Of a DNA stretch of 64,000 nt, positions 37,601 to 49,900 are shown in pieces; position 1 is the stretch's first letter; each line of letters starts with the position of its first letter. The stretch lies in contig CM074518.1 of the NCBI GenBank assembly GCA_037379345.1, positions 11,532,001 through 11,596,000 of the forward strand. Reading direction: 5' to 3'. The notes beneath the pieces were generated by a model. That model saw nothing but the letters and a program-made list of their open reading frames with translations, did not search any database and was not told where the DNA came from. This stretch comes from Perna viridis. Lineage: Eukaryota. Both the position numbers and the translations under genes were made by a program.

Positions 37601-40600
37601 GAGAAATGGAGGGAAAATTGGAGGTCACTTTTTATTAATGGTTCACACTGACACAAGACTATTTGACTGCTAAAAAGTTAGTTTGCTGTTTAATTAAACA
37701 GTTATGAGATGACAGGATGTCAACTGCTCAATAAGACTATGCCCTCCATGTCTCTTGAATGATACCAAGAGTCAATCAATCTGAATTATCAGTCATCCAT
37801 CGAGAAAACTGTACACTGGATTTTCAAAGTTCAACATTACCCACGGAAACCATGGAAATCAGTGCTACACTAATAAATGAAACCAAAGTATGTTCTGTTC
37901 CTAACTTACCCACACTGGCAAACATGTCTCTGCCTCCACCTGCTCTACTGAAGGCAATGTCATATACTTCCTTGTCATGAGCTATCAACTGTGTTTTAAC
38001 ATGACCTGATACTAAGTTGACTCTTCCTAATACCTGCCCTGTCTGAAATTATAAAAAAGACTAAAATTAAACTGACAGAGAGTTAATGTCTCTACCAGTA
38101 ACACTATTGATACATTGAATAACTTAGTTGGTGATACCTTAAAATATCAAGTAAATACCCATTCACAACTTATAAGCTTAATCATTGTCATGATGGAGTA
38201 AATGATCCACTTATACTTGTAAGCTGTATCATTTGCAATATGCATTACCAATGTACATGAATATATACAACATGCTTTCTCAACCATAACAAAAAATAAG
38301 TCACAAGGATAGTAATGCTCTACTCAACTATCATGACAACATTAAAGGCATTCATATCACTGAACAGCTATTAACATATAATACACAAAAAGTAATATAA
38401 ATAAATGTTCAAGTCCCCAGATTGCACATACTGGATATGACATACTGAAGGAGGTTTACATGTACTTACATGTACCTAAGCCCCCAGATTGTACATGTAG
38501 TATCTATAGGTGATGTTAGCTATGATATACTAGAGGAGGTTTACATGTACTTACCTCAAGTCCCCAGATTGTACATGTAGTATCTATACTTAATGTTAGA
38601 TATGACATACTAGAGGAGGTTTACATGTACTTACCTCAAGTCCCCAGATTGTACATGTAGTATCTATACTTGATGTCCCCAGCAAATTGGGATCAACTTC
38701 ATTCCAGTCAAAAGAAGTCAGTGGTGCACAAAAATCAGAATTCTTATTCTTAAAAAGAAAGGTAATATATAGAATTAATGGTGTCCATCTCTGAAAAAAT
38801 AAAGTACTTAAAAAGTCAACTTGTTTAATTTTTGTGGAAAATAAATTTATCATATATTTACATAGTACATGTATTCATTTGCAGAACCATACATTTGTAG
38901 TTTTGTACATCATTGTTTTCAAATTTAAACAAGAAAATCTTCAAAATTGGCTCACAATCTAAGTACTTTTTTAAAACAGCAAAATGATCAACCTAAAAGT
39001 GAGGGACTTAAAATAAAGTATTGAATCTAGAATTATCTATATTATATCCGACATCACAAACAGTAATTTTAATTAAACTAGATCATTTATGAAGTTTTTC
39101 AGCCGACATTTTCAATTTTCTGACAGAGTATAAGTCTAGAAAACCATCTTGCTAAGTAAAATACTGTAAAAGTATTATTGTTCGTGGGGTACCAATTTTT
39201 TTTTCAGTTTTCGTGGGTCTGGTAAACCACGAAAGCTTGTTTCTAATGAAAAGGAAATTTCCCATTCATTGTATAATGGAGTTGCAAAACCCAAGATTTC
39301 AAGAATCTAACAACCATGAAAATTGGTACCCACAAATAAAAGTACATGCCCTTTCACAGTAAACGGATTTCCTTACATTATTAAGAAGACATTCTTGTCT
39401 TGTATCATTATCACTGACTCTCCACACTCTCAGATAGTCACCACTGGTTGCTAATAAGTCAGGGAAAACACCTTTCTGAAAAATTAACAAAACTTTATAG
39501 ATATCTATGCTAATAGACCATGTAAAGCAGAAAAATGTGCTCCCACAGGAAACAAGAAATAATGACTAGAGATATCCTTGATTTGGTGATCACAGATACC
39601 CCCAGTATTTATCACGATATTGGTGATGAGTACCATTATGTAATGATATGTAAATTTTTCAAAGAAGACAGAAAACAATTCTTGCCAGTTTATTGGCATT
39701 CAAAGGCAATACTTTGAAATTTTCAGAACTTTTTTCCTCACAGGATATTGATGTACTTGGAAATATAGCTAAATTTGTGAAGATAATTTTAACGAAGGTC
39801 GTACCTCCAGGTTAATTTCATTACATAAACAATGGTTTACACATGCACTTTATGTAATATTATCAATGTTTGTATATTTTCTCTGTAACTGTTTATAGTT
39901 TAGGAGAATAAAGTAAAGTAATCAATCTTCCTAGTTGATTTTGTGATCACAGATACCCCCTGTATACCAATCTACCTACTTGATTTGGTAATTATAGATA
40001 ACCCTTGTATACCTATCTTTCTAAGTGAGCTCCTGAGCAGTAATTAACAGTTGGACTTGACCTGTATATATAGTCCACAACATAATCTTGTACACATAGT
40101 TTAATTTGCTTAGGTTCAGCATATCATTAAATGTCATCCAAAAATCAAAGTGTAATGGATGAACTGACAAGAGGATCCTTATAATATATTGTCAATACTC
40201 TGTAAACACCCTGACTTGTCTATCGTTTATATTAAAACAACAAAATATATCCTAAATTGTTCACCTTTCACAATATCTATGATCACCATTCACTTATAGT
40301 AAAAAGCCTACTCCTTACTAAGTTATACTCCAAAACCAAACTTCACATGGATAGATTCTAGGAAATAATAGGGAAAATAACTACTGGTATATTAATATTA
40401 ACTTACAGCATCAGGAATCCACATTATCTTAGTGGTAGGATAAGGATGATCAAATGTACTTTTAGCAGTGAATTCTGAAGTATCTTCATCAAGAGAAACA
40501 ATCTGAACCTGTTAAAAAACATAATATATCGAGTTCTATCATAAAGATGTGTGGGGAAAATGATAAATAAGAAGCCATCAGTTAAATTGTCACTGAAAGT

Positions 40601-41694
40601 AATACTTCATACTTTAGTGTGGGTCTTTCTTGGAAAAGTACATAAGGCTGGTAGTTTGTATTCTAGAAGCATGATGAAACTAAACCTGTAAAAGACTTCA
40701 TTACAGTTTAGTAATAACAAGAGTAATTTCCCAAAACAAAAAATAATAATAAAATAAAATAAAATAAAAAAATAATAATAATAAATTCAAATCTTCAATT
40801 TTTTATACAAAGGGAACATGTTTTTCATTTATTATATCAAGAGTAGATCCAGAAAATACATGTATTACCTCCAAATTACAAAGTTAATTTTTATTAGGAG
40901 CTTTCCTGTGAAAAAACAAAAACTTTCAAGAATTCTTGACACTAGACATTGATGGGATGCAATGCAACAAAGAGAGATTGTTGGCTCATACCAAAATAAC
41001 TGTCAAATATAAACAAGAAAGCAGACAATTATTATCATTAGCTACAAAATGTTTATGTACATGTAGCCATAAGTCTCCCTCAGTGCCAGTATTAGTTAAT
41101 GAAATATAACTAAAGAAGATGCTTGTTGTTAAGTGGAAAAAATAAAAGGTGTAAATTTAGAAGTAATTGATAAATGATTATAATGATATACAGTGTATGG
41201 TTTAGATTTAGCCATTAAAATGTAAGTTTTAGGAAAGTTGCATCTTCTACTCTTGAAACATGCTGAATTAATCAAAGTCCCAGGTAAATACAAGCAACAT
41301 AAAAACATTATTCACATTCATCAATTTACTCAATAAGTATGACGGGTCTGGGATGGATGGACACATGAACACTATATCTCCTCAAAGATACAGCAGAGGA
41401 ACAATAAACAGAGGGAAATGTTAAACAGGAAGAACTTTGTTTTAAACCTGAAGGCAGGAATAAAGAATCAACATGCACAGAATGTGAAAAAAAAACATGG
41501 AGATCATCACTGCATGCATACTTTGCACTCACTTTGTTGTTATATTCCTCAACAAAACTGCCAAGAGCAAGACGAAACCTTTTATCTGGTCGTATACTCC
41601 AGTTCATACTGTACACTGTCCATGGTGCATCATACTTGTAGATCTCCTTCCTCTTCCCCGGAGGTGGGGCTGGTGGTGCTGGAAGCGCACACAT
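34646..41694 (-). CDS. DCAF7: DDB1- and CUL4-associated factor 7 (WDR68/HAN11), 350 aa; coding exons 41694-41533, 40508-40407, 39475-39377, 38748-38635, 38042-37910, 36236-36085, 35449-35332, 34818-34646
   Basis: [142 protein letters not shown], ...LEILRV*; all introns GT-AG; exons total 1053 nt in one frame. Confidence 0.97.
38408..38674 (-). repeat. ~80-nt tandem duplications of the DCAF7 coding exon 4 end plus donor
   Basis: CTCAAGTCCCCAGATTGTACATGTAGTATCTATA and GGAGGTTTACATGTACTTAC repeated 3-4 times. Confidence 0.9.
39162..39361. mobile_element. Tc1/mariner-type MITE (TA-flanked) beside the DCAF7 coding exon 3 donor
   Basis: Termini TACTGT.../...ACAGTA; inverted GTGGGGTACCAATTTT and AAAATTGGTACCCAC. 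Confidence 0.65.
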
Positions 41695-42534
41695 TCTTAA
41701 CCCTGAAATTATCATAAATGCATATACATATACTTAAAGATTTAGCTGTACATGTATGTTTGTGTTGGTGTCACTTTCTTATTGTAAGCCATACATGTCT
41801 TTGTGTTGTTACTGTATATTACTTTTTATTTTGGATTTGAAGAATTATCATTGTTCTGTTACCAATGTACATGTACCATGCATTTATTACTTTTTTTGTT
41901 AGGACCTTTCACAGCTTTTACAACTATCGAAGACCTTTTGGTGATCTCTGAAAGTATTTTGCTATTTCATATTTAGGTTATACATGTACATGTAAGATGG
42001 TGATACATTTTACTAAATTCTCTTTAGTATTATTGAAATTAAACTACATGTACATGTATGTAACCCATCTTCCTTAACATAAAAATCAGCAAGGTGAGCT
42101 TTTCTATGTATATTTGTATACATTGACATTTTCATCCTGGTGGGATTGTTCTCTCTTTGACATATTTACCATACCTAATGTTATGATATGTATAGACATT
42201 GTCAATTAAAATGTGTACTGTATATGGAAAACTTTAAAAGTTTCCCCAGATTATGTCTATATCATGGTGACCCTCAATGTATTATAAAAAAATAAAAACA
42301 CATTGATATCATGGACTTTATAGTACACGGACTAGTCACTCCTAAAAAAGTCTTTATAATGTGTAAAAATACATGTAACTGTGCCTCCCTGGTCCTTATT
42401 ATGTTTAAATTTTGTCTGTAATATTTACATTTGACATATGCATACTGGGGGAGAGAAATCATTCAGAATTTTAGTTATATAAGTTATAAAATTGACAAAC
42501 TGATAATGACAAAGTTATGATAAAAAGACCTAAT

Positions 42535-42660
42535 TTTGTGCGTATTAATTTGGCTATTTTATGTTCTTTGTTGTGTTGTCTGTTTTCCATGTCTGGTCTT
42601 TGTCCCTAGATTACATTCTGTTGATTTCCACTAGAATCTTGGTTCCTTTGATTACTCTTT
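42535..42660 (+). mobile_element. 3' end fragment of the Penelope-like family in the DCAF7 5' intron
   Basis: ATGTTCTTTGTTGTGTTGTCTGTTTTCCATGTCTGGTC...GGTTCCTTTGATTACTCTTT. Confidence 0.75.
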
Positions 42661-43526
42661 GAAATAGAAAATATTTATATTCCTCTCATTTTAAATTAAA
42701 AAAAATATAGATATATTGCCATTTTCCAATGTTTAATTTGGGGCATCACTCACCAAAATCCATCCAGTGGTTTCTACAAAAACCCTTAGAAATTTAAAAA
42801 AATTGGCTAATATTAATAAACAGCCAAATAGCAAAGGCAGTATTCTATATAGATTATAACAAGTGATCTCTCCCTCTAATATAAACTCCTTGATAACACC
42901 AAGTGTTTGAAAGATTTTTAAAAAAATGTAGAACTACAAATGTAAATTAATGAGGTCAAAGACAAATTCATTTCTGAACTGAAAATAAATAATAATAATA
43001 ATAATAATATTATTTATTGGCACAAACACAATTACAATAATTGGCAAAGGCCCATATAATTGATATATAAAAGAGTAACATATATAGTAGCGGTATACAT
43101 GTAAATAGAATATTAATCAAATGTTATGAGAAGAGATATTTGATATGAAATAAATTTTTTTCTGATAGAAAAGATAATATCTAAAAAATTTGTGATAATC
43201 TTTAGTATAGTATATGAATCACTGAATATACATTGTTTCAGTGTGTAGTAATTAACTGAATCAATATCTTTTTTGAGGATATTTGATAATTTGGACATAA
43301 TAAAAAATGAAAGAAAAATACATAAATGGTTGAATACATATAATTTAAGCCTTAAGCTGAGTTGGGGAACAAGTAAAGTGTCCTTTTGTTTCTTCAGACC
43401 ATCAGAAGTGTTGGCTTACTTGTACATTGTACATGTACACACAGGTAAAATTTTATTAACACAGGGTATGATTCTAAAATCTAAAATTCTTTCTCAGTCA
43501 TCCGATAAAGATAAAACTTAACTTAC

Positions 43527-43976
43527 CGGTAAAGTTCCTCACATAAACACTTGCTGTGAATGTATCATATAAATATAAATTGAAAACCAGAAAGAGGAAA
43601 AATGCTAAAATTTTGTTGTTTACAAAATCAATACATTTTTTTTTACTTTACAACAACCGGAAATTGGACAATTTTGGGGGTATTTTTTTTTTTAAAGATA
43701 TTTCATTTTTGAAATATCACAAAAATCTTGTGTTGTATATTACAAGCTTATTATTTTGAATAATTAAATAATCAGATAGTGAGATATTGCTTTTTAAAAT
43801 TTCATGTATTTTACGACAATTTAATGCAGTTCGTATTCAGATCTTTGTTAGTTCGATGCTTTAGAATACTCAAAGTTTTCATTAGGTTTTTAAACGCAGT
43901 TCCGATAACATTATTGATTTATGCAAGGCCAGAAGAAACAGCGGGAATGAAAAAACAATAAGAAAATTCTCTGAAA
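43527..43976. promoter_or_regulatory. Probable bidirectional promoter and 5' UTRs of DCAF7 and PAXIP1
   Basis: DCAF7 ATG exon has an acceptor at 41704-41703, so it needs an upstream exon; - strand donor GTAAGT at 43526-43521; ETS-type ACCGGAAAT at 43656-43664; PAXIP1 ATG at 43977. Confidence 0.6.
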
Positions 43977-46900
43977 ATGGATGATAAAAGTAGCCAGAAA
44001 GTGCCTGATAACCTGTTTGAAAAAGTGAAATATTATGTCGTTGGTGACATACCTCAAAAGGTCTCATTTTCAACCACCTCTTGGCCCATTTCATCTCCAA
44101 TTAAATTTTCTAAAGCCGGCGCTACTTGCTTTGAATCCTACAAAAATAGAACATAAATATGTTAATGTTATAATAAGTTTATCTTCACCTGCTTATATTA
44201 TGAGGAAGGCACTAACTATAAGTGCAAGTGAAGTATAAAGTGTTACGTGTACTGAGCATTTATTCTAAAACATACTGTTTCACATTTCTAAATTTCTCAA
44301 TGTTTAGGGATCTTCATTCACTCTTAAGTTAAACTGTCCTCGAGGTCAGAACAGTAAAACTTATTTATATAAACACAATGATATATCTATTTTATATACT
44401 CAAAATTAATTTAACTAAATCAAAATCAACTCAATACGTTTTACATTAACCCTTAATAGAAACTGCCCATTGAGTATGCTCAATGAGTTACTCAACTGAA
44501 CATTTATTGAAACAAAATGAGCAAAGTATCATATGTAACTCTATTTTTTAATTAATCCTTATACTTGTAAAACACAATTAACTTAATGGTACCTAGACAA
44601 TGTCTATCGCTTAGCGTGAGACTCTCGCCAAAAGATTACTAAATGCTAAATACTACTGCTCTTTAGAAGTATCCTTAATAAAACACAATAAACTTTACAT
44701 CGCAATTTAGACGATGTCAATCGCTATGCAAGACTTCTGTCTAAGATCTGTGACCACCAGATCTAAAAAAGAGCGAATTACAGATTGCAACGGCTTTTAT
44801 ATGCCCGGTCACATGACTGGATCAATTAATTAACGCCAAAGGGGTGTTTACAAATTGTTGACCATACCATTGTATTGAAAATGACGGGTTTATCCCCATG
44901 TCTAATAAACCAGTCCAAATTATCGTATGCAAACAATATAACTAAATACCAATTGAAATTGCCAAATACAAACGCACATACTTTAATAATTTCATCTAAT
45001 CAACCATGTACATCGTAATGTATCAGTGGACTAACCTCAGAATTGTCCACTATCTGTCCCAATGACTATATTAAGAATGAACTATATTTAAACCACGCAT
45101 GATGGTCAACATAATTGTTTAGTTACCAGATTACAGGGATTCAACTGATGTATTTTGCTGATAAAAGCATCATATTTTGTCTAACTTTGAACACAATTAA
45201 TGACAGTATAATTGGCAGCTGACCATAAATCAATTTCATTACAGAAGTACAAAATATATTATGAAATTTGGGTTACCCCACTTAGTGAGTATTCAAGATC
45301 ACCAGACACACCCTCTCTATCAGAAGATCTTAAATTCTTGCTGTACACATGCCTCTATGAATTTGGGCACTAACCTTCATATGGTGGTTTTTTTTACGTA
45401 TTATGAAATAATAGATTTCATGTCAATCTGTCCCCTTGTGGTTCCATCCCTAGTAGATCCATCCCCAATCATAAACTTGATGCCTTATACATTAAGAATT
45501 CATACAATGAAAATATTAAACATTAATTATTGAAAATAAATGATCTTATCCTTCTTTTCCTTAAATTTTACAAGATACATGTAAATGAATAGATTATAGT
45601 TCATAAAGTATTATTAGTATTAGACCAGTGTATTAGACCTTATTTTATGAGTAAAGTCTATGTTAGTTAAGTATTTAAAATTTTTATAATTTGAATTACA
45701 AGGCAATTCTCATAAAAAAGTGACGACAGAAACACCGAAAGTCAGTATTTTTTTTTACACCATAAAAAAATTAGGGTCAGCAGGGTAAAAATAGGGAAGG
45801 TCAGGTTACCAGAAACACAGTTTTTTTTTTTTAGGCCTCATACAACCGATTGTGCTGTTGGAATGGAATAAATGTTATCCCTCTCAGTTAGTCAGGCTAA
45901 CCGATTTACAGGTCCCAAAAGAACAATGCTTTACCATTGTTCCACAGTTACAAAAATGCTAAAGCTTTTGCTGTGGTAAATAATAGATTGGTAACCATTT
46001 TACCGGGTGATAGTTAAATTGGCACTTATGTAAATAGTTAGAATGGCACCTATATAAATAGTTAAAATATAGACCTAACCAATGACAGAATGAATGTTTA
46101 TTTTCCTTAAACATACCAATGTGGAGTCACACACAGACATGCACACACACACACCGACACACACATATTTAGTCATAAATTATTATTTATTTTGAAGAGC
46201 TAATTTCATTAAGAAAAGGAAATATTGTTCAATTTTTGATAGCAAATTCATTAAGTTAATCAGTTTGGGGTTAAGGTTTATGACTTTGCTAATTACCTAT
46301 GATTTATGGCTTTGTTTATTTGGTAGGTGATATAGGTATTATTATAATTATTTAATTAGATTATTTCACCACTTCAATTACCATCTTGATATGTCCTGAT
46401 ATCCACATTACTTTTATAAAAGTTTTATAAGATTATTTACTAAGTCATAAATGTGATTTTTACTTCTGTATTTTAATCTAGTTTTTATTTGTGATAAATT
46501 TCACACCTTATTTTTTTGGTATTTCATTTAATTTTGCAAAGTATTTTTATTGTGTTATATAATTTCCCATTTTTATAAATAAGTCAATGAAAATAATAAA
46601 ATATGTGAACAGAATATTGTAAATGAAAGAACAAAATGAAATTTATTCAGGTGAAATTATAAAACAATTATTTTATTTTTCCAAATCATTTGACAATGAG
46701 TTTATAGGGAAATAATCTAGATATTTACAAAACTTGAGCCAAAATATCCGTGAAATGTTTTGGGTAGGCAGAGTAACAGGATACAAATATATTATTGTTT
46801 TATATTGCCTGACAGAAAAGCAATTATATTGTGTGACTGAAATCTAGTAGTCCTAGACTGTAAAATTGCATGCAGAAGCCAAAAGTTACCAAAATGATTT

Positions 46901-49900
46901 GTCTACATGAATGCATGTGTATGTTTGATTAAATTGATTTCAGGTTTTGGATTTGTTGAATTCGGGAGGTGCTAAACAGGACACATATCTCAGTGAAATG
47001 GTTAGCCATGTGATTTCAGATGATCCAACTCTAGATGAGTACTCTGAGGCAAAGGAACTCTTTGAACTTCCTGTTGTCAAGGTAATTTTCCATGATATCA
47101 AATACTGATATGCTGAAAATTGGTACTTTTTTTAACATTCTTGCAATTTTTTTTGTGCCTCTGCCAACTTGACCAAAAATATTGTTTATAAAGAGTCCAA
47201 ATATGTACAGATATCCCTTGGTCACTTTGGCAGAAACCCTTGAAAATTTCAAAATTAACATTAAAAATTGATATTTTTACCAATTTTTATTGGTTTGTTT
47301 TGCAGATGATAGGCTTATGTACTACTGAAAATCGAAAATGGTGATAATTTAAGAGCACATAAAGAGAATTTAATCATCCATTTGACTGTGCATATGGCAT
47401 TTTGGTCATTAATTTCGAGCATTTTTTTTTTGTATAATATTTTCTGGTTAACTGCTTCCTACTCTAAGAATGAATCCTTATGACTAATCATCTGGTTAAA
47501 CTTGACCAAAGTGAGATGAAAAAGTACTGTATATACACTAAATTCAAAGTCCAGTGGATGCTTGGATGTCAAACATTAAGTAACATGTACTTAGAGTGAA
47601 GTGTATTAGAGACTTTAAAATCTATGGAATCCTTGACAGAAAGATGGATAAAATATCTAATATATACTCAAAGGAATTATTTTAGAAGCAACTAATTAGT
47701 GGAAAAATGAATCAGACTTTGTCATTCAATATTTCAAATGGAATGTCCCTGGTGTATTCCTGTTGATTTGAATGGTCCTTTATATCCAGAATGATATGTC
47801 ATTGTAGTCCAAGCTACAACCAAAAATGTCAGGAAAAAATGTATGGAACCATATAGAATCAATGATTATATGCATGCTTCTGTTGCCATCTGCAAAAGTT
47901 TAGCAAATTTTGTTGGACTGGCAGTAATTGGATTTGTAAGTACTATGTCTGACCAAAAATTTGTGATATATGCTAACTGTAATAAGACATGTTAGTATTA
48001 GAAGCTCTGATTCTATGAATATCAATTTTTATCAGAGTTAATAGACTTTAATGTATTTCTGCATTCAACACATAGAAACATAAACAAATGCAACTTATCC
48101 GATACCACAGATAAGATCTTATCTAAAGTTGGTGGGATTGTTTCAGTGTTTTCATTAGGAACAGGCTGGAGGCCAATTTGCATGCTTCAAACTCCTGTCT
48201 GGCCGGTTCAAGTGGAAAAAGTCACATATTATTCAACTCTGAATAAGTTGATTTGTTCTGTTCAAAATTTTATCTGATCTTTTAGGAGAAAAAGTAATGG
48301 ACACACTGTTGTTTTTCACCATATGGACTTGATTCTGTTGCGCTGACATTTTAATTTTACAAGGTTTACAGGAGTTGTAGGACTGTTTAGAGTATTTTGA
48401 TATTGCATATTGGATTTCATCCAAACTTGTTAGGATTGTTTAACACGACATTTACCTGAAACTATTGTCCATAGATTTGCCAATAGTTCTCTCAGATTAG
48501 ATTATTTTTGTGGATTTACCTAGTTTGACCAAGATTATAGTTTACACACATTATTCCCTTTCACAGTAGCAGTTTAGGCATATTACAGCTAGTTGAAATG
48601 GACCAGTTCCAATTTCAATACAAATCTGGCTAGGTTAGCAAGTAATTTAAATAGCTCTCTAGGTAGAAATCTGCCCTACATTATACCAATGTGTCCTACT
48701 TAACTCCTACAGAACACCTGTGTTAGCTTTTGGACACTGCCTTTTTAAGTTTGAATAGTGTCAATTATGATGGTAGATGGTAAATTTAAAGGTTAAAGTA
48801 ATCATAATTGACAGCTATTCAAAATTAAAAGAGATTGTCTAAAAGATCACACAGGTGTTCTATGGTAGTCAAGTAGGACACATTGGTATAATGTAGTGCA
48901 GATTTCTACTTAGAGAGCTATTTGAATTGTTCATTAGCCTAGTTAGATTTGTATTGAAATTGGAACTTTTCCATTTCAACTAGCTGTAACTATGCTTCTA
49001 TTTTATTGCCACACATTTTGTATATATTTGTGGACAAGAACATATGGAAATGTGTATCAATCTTTTTTATGTCATGCCTCATGTAATCTGATACAATTTT
49101 ATTTTTCAGTCTAGCTGGGTGATCATGTCAGTGAAATGCAAGAAACAGTTACCGTATCTTTTTAAATTCAAGCTTTCATTTTTTTCAGCCATAGTCAAAC
49201 TAAGTTTTTTACAGACTGGATACTTAAATAAAGTTTTTCTTTTATTCATTTTTCCATTATGACAAATATCTTGAAAGAAACAAACCGTAGCTTTTTTTTA
49301 AATCTTTTGTTTTTTTTTAATTTTAATCCTATTGTAAGTTTGAAACACATACCCGTATTCAGTATGGGTGAAACTCGTGTAAGGTAAAAATAAAAATACA
49401 TGTGCATTCAGTGTTGGAAACCACCACTCGCCAGCTCACCAAATACGAGTATATGTGTAATTTGGTGAGTTCTCATTAGCTTACAGTCGTCAATTTGGCG
49501 ACAGTCATTTGATTGGCAAGTTTCAAGGAAAGTTAACCAGCCAACAGGTTATTTAGTTAAACATCCCTTAACAACATACATTAAAACATGTTCCCTACAT
49601 TTTAAGAAATTTAGCTTCAGATCTAATGTGTCAAGTGAATTTTGGCATGATATGTACAGTTTTATTGATGTAAAGCATTGTTCACGATCTGCCATTTTAA
49701 TTTCTGGTAAATGGGATGTGCCAAAACCTATGCGATGGTCCCAATCTCGAATTAGTTTTCAAACAAAATTATCTTGGTAATTTATGATACATGTATGTTA
49801 CCTTAAATTACTTGTTTATTGTCAAAATAAAAATGAACTAGAATGATAATGATAATGATGAATCTGTTGAGATATAATTTAATGTTTAAAATATGAGTTC

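Noticed and set aside
44241-45245. Possible solo LTR in PAXIP1 intron 1 (TGTTACG start, reverse-strand AATAAA and TATA-like motifs)
   Set aside because: No matching terminus with a convincing target-site duplication could be identified.
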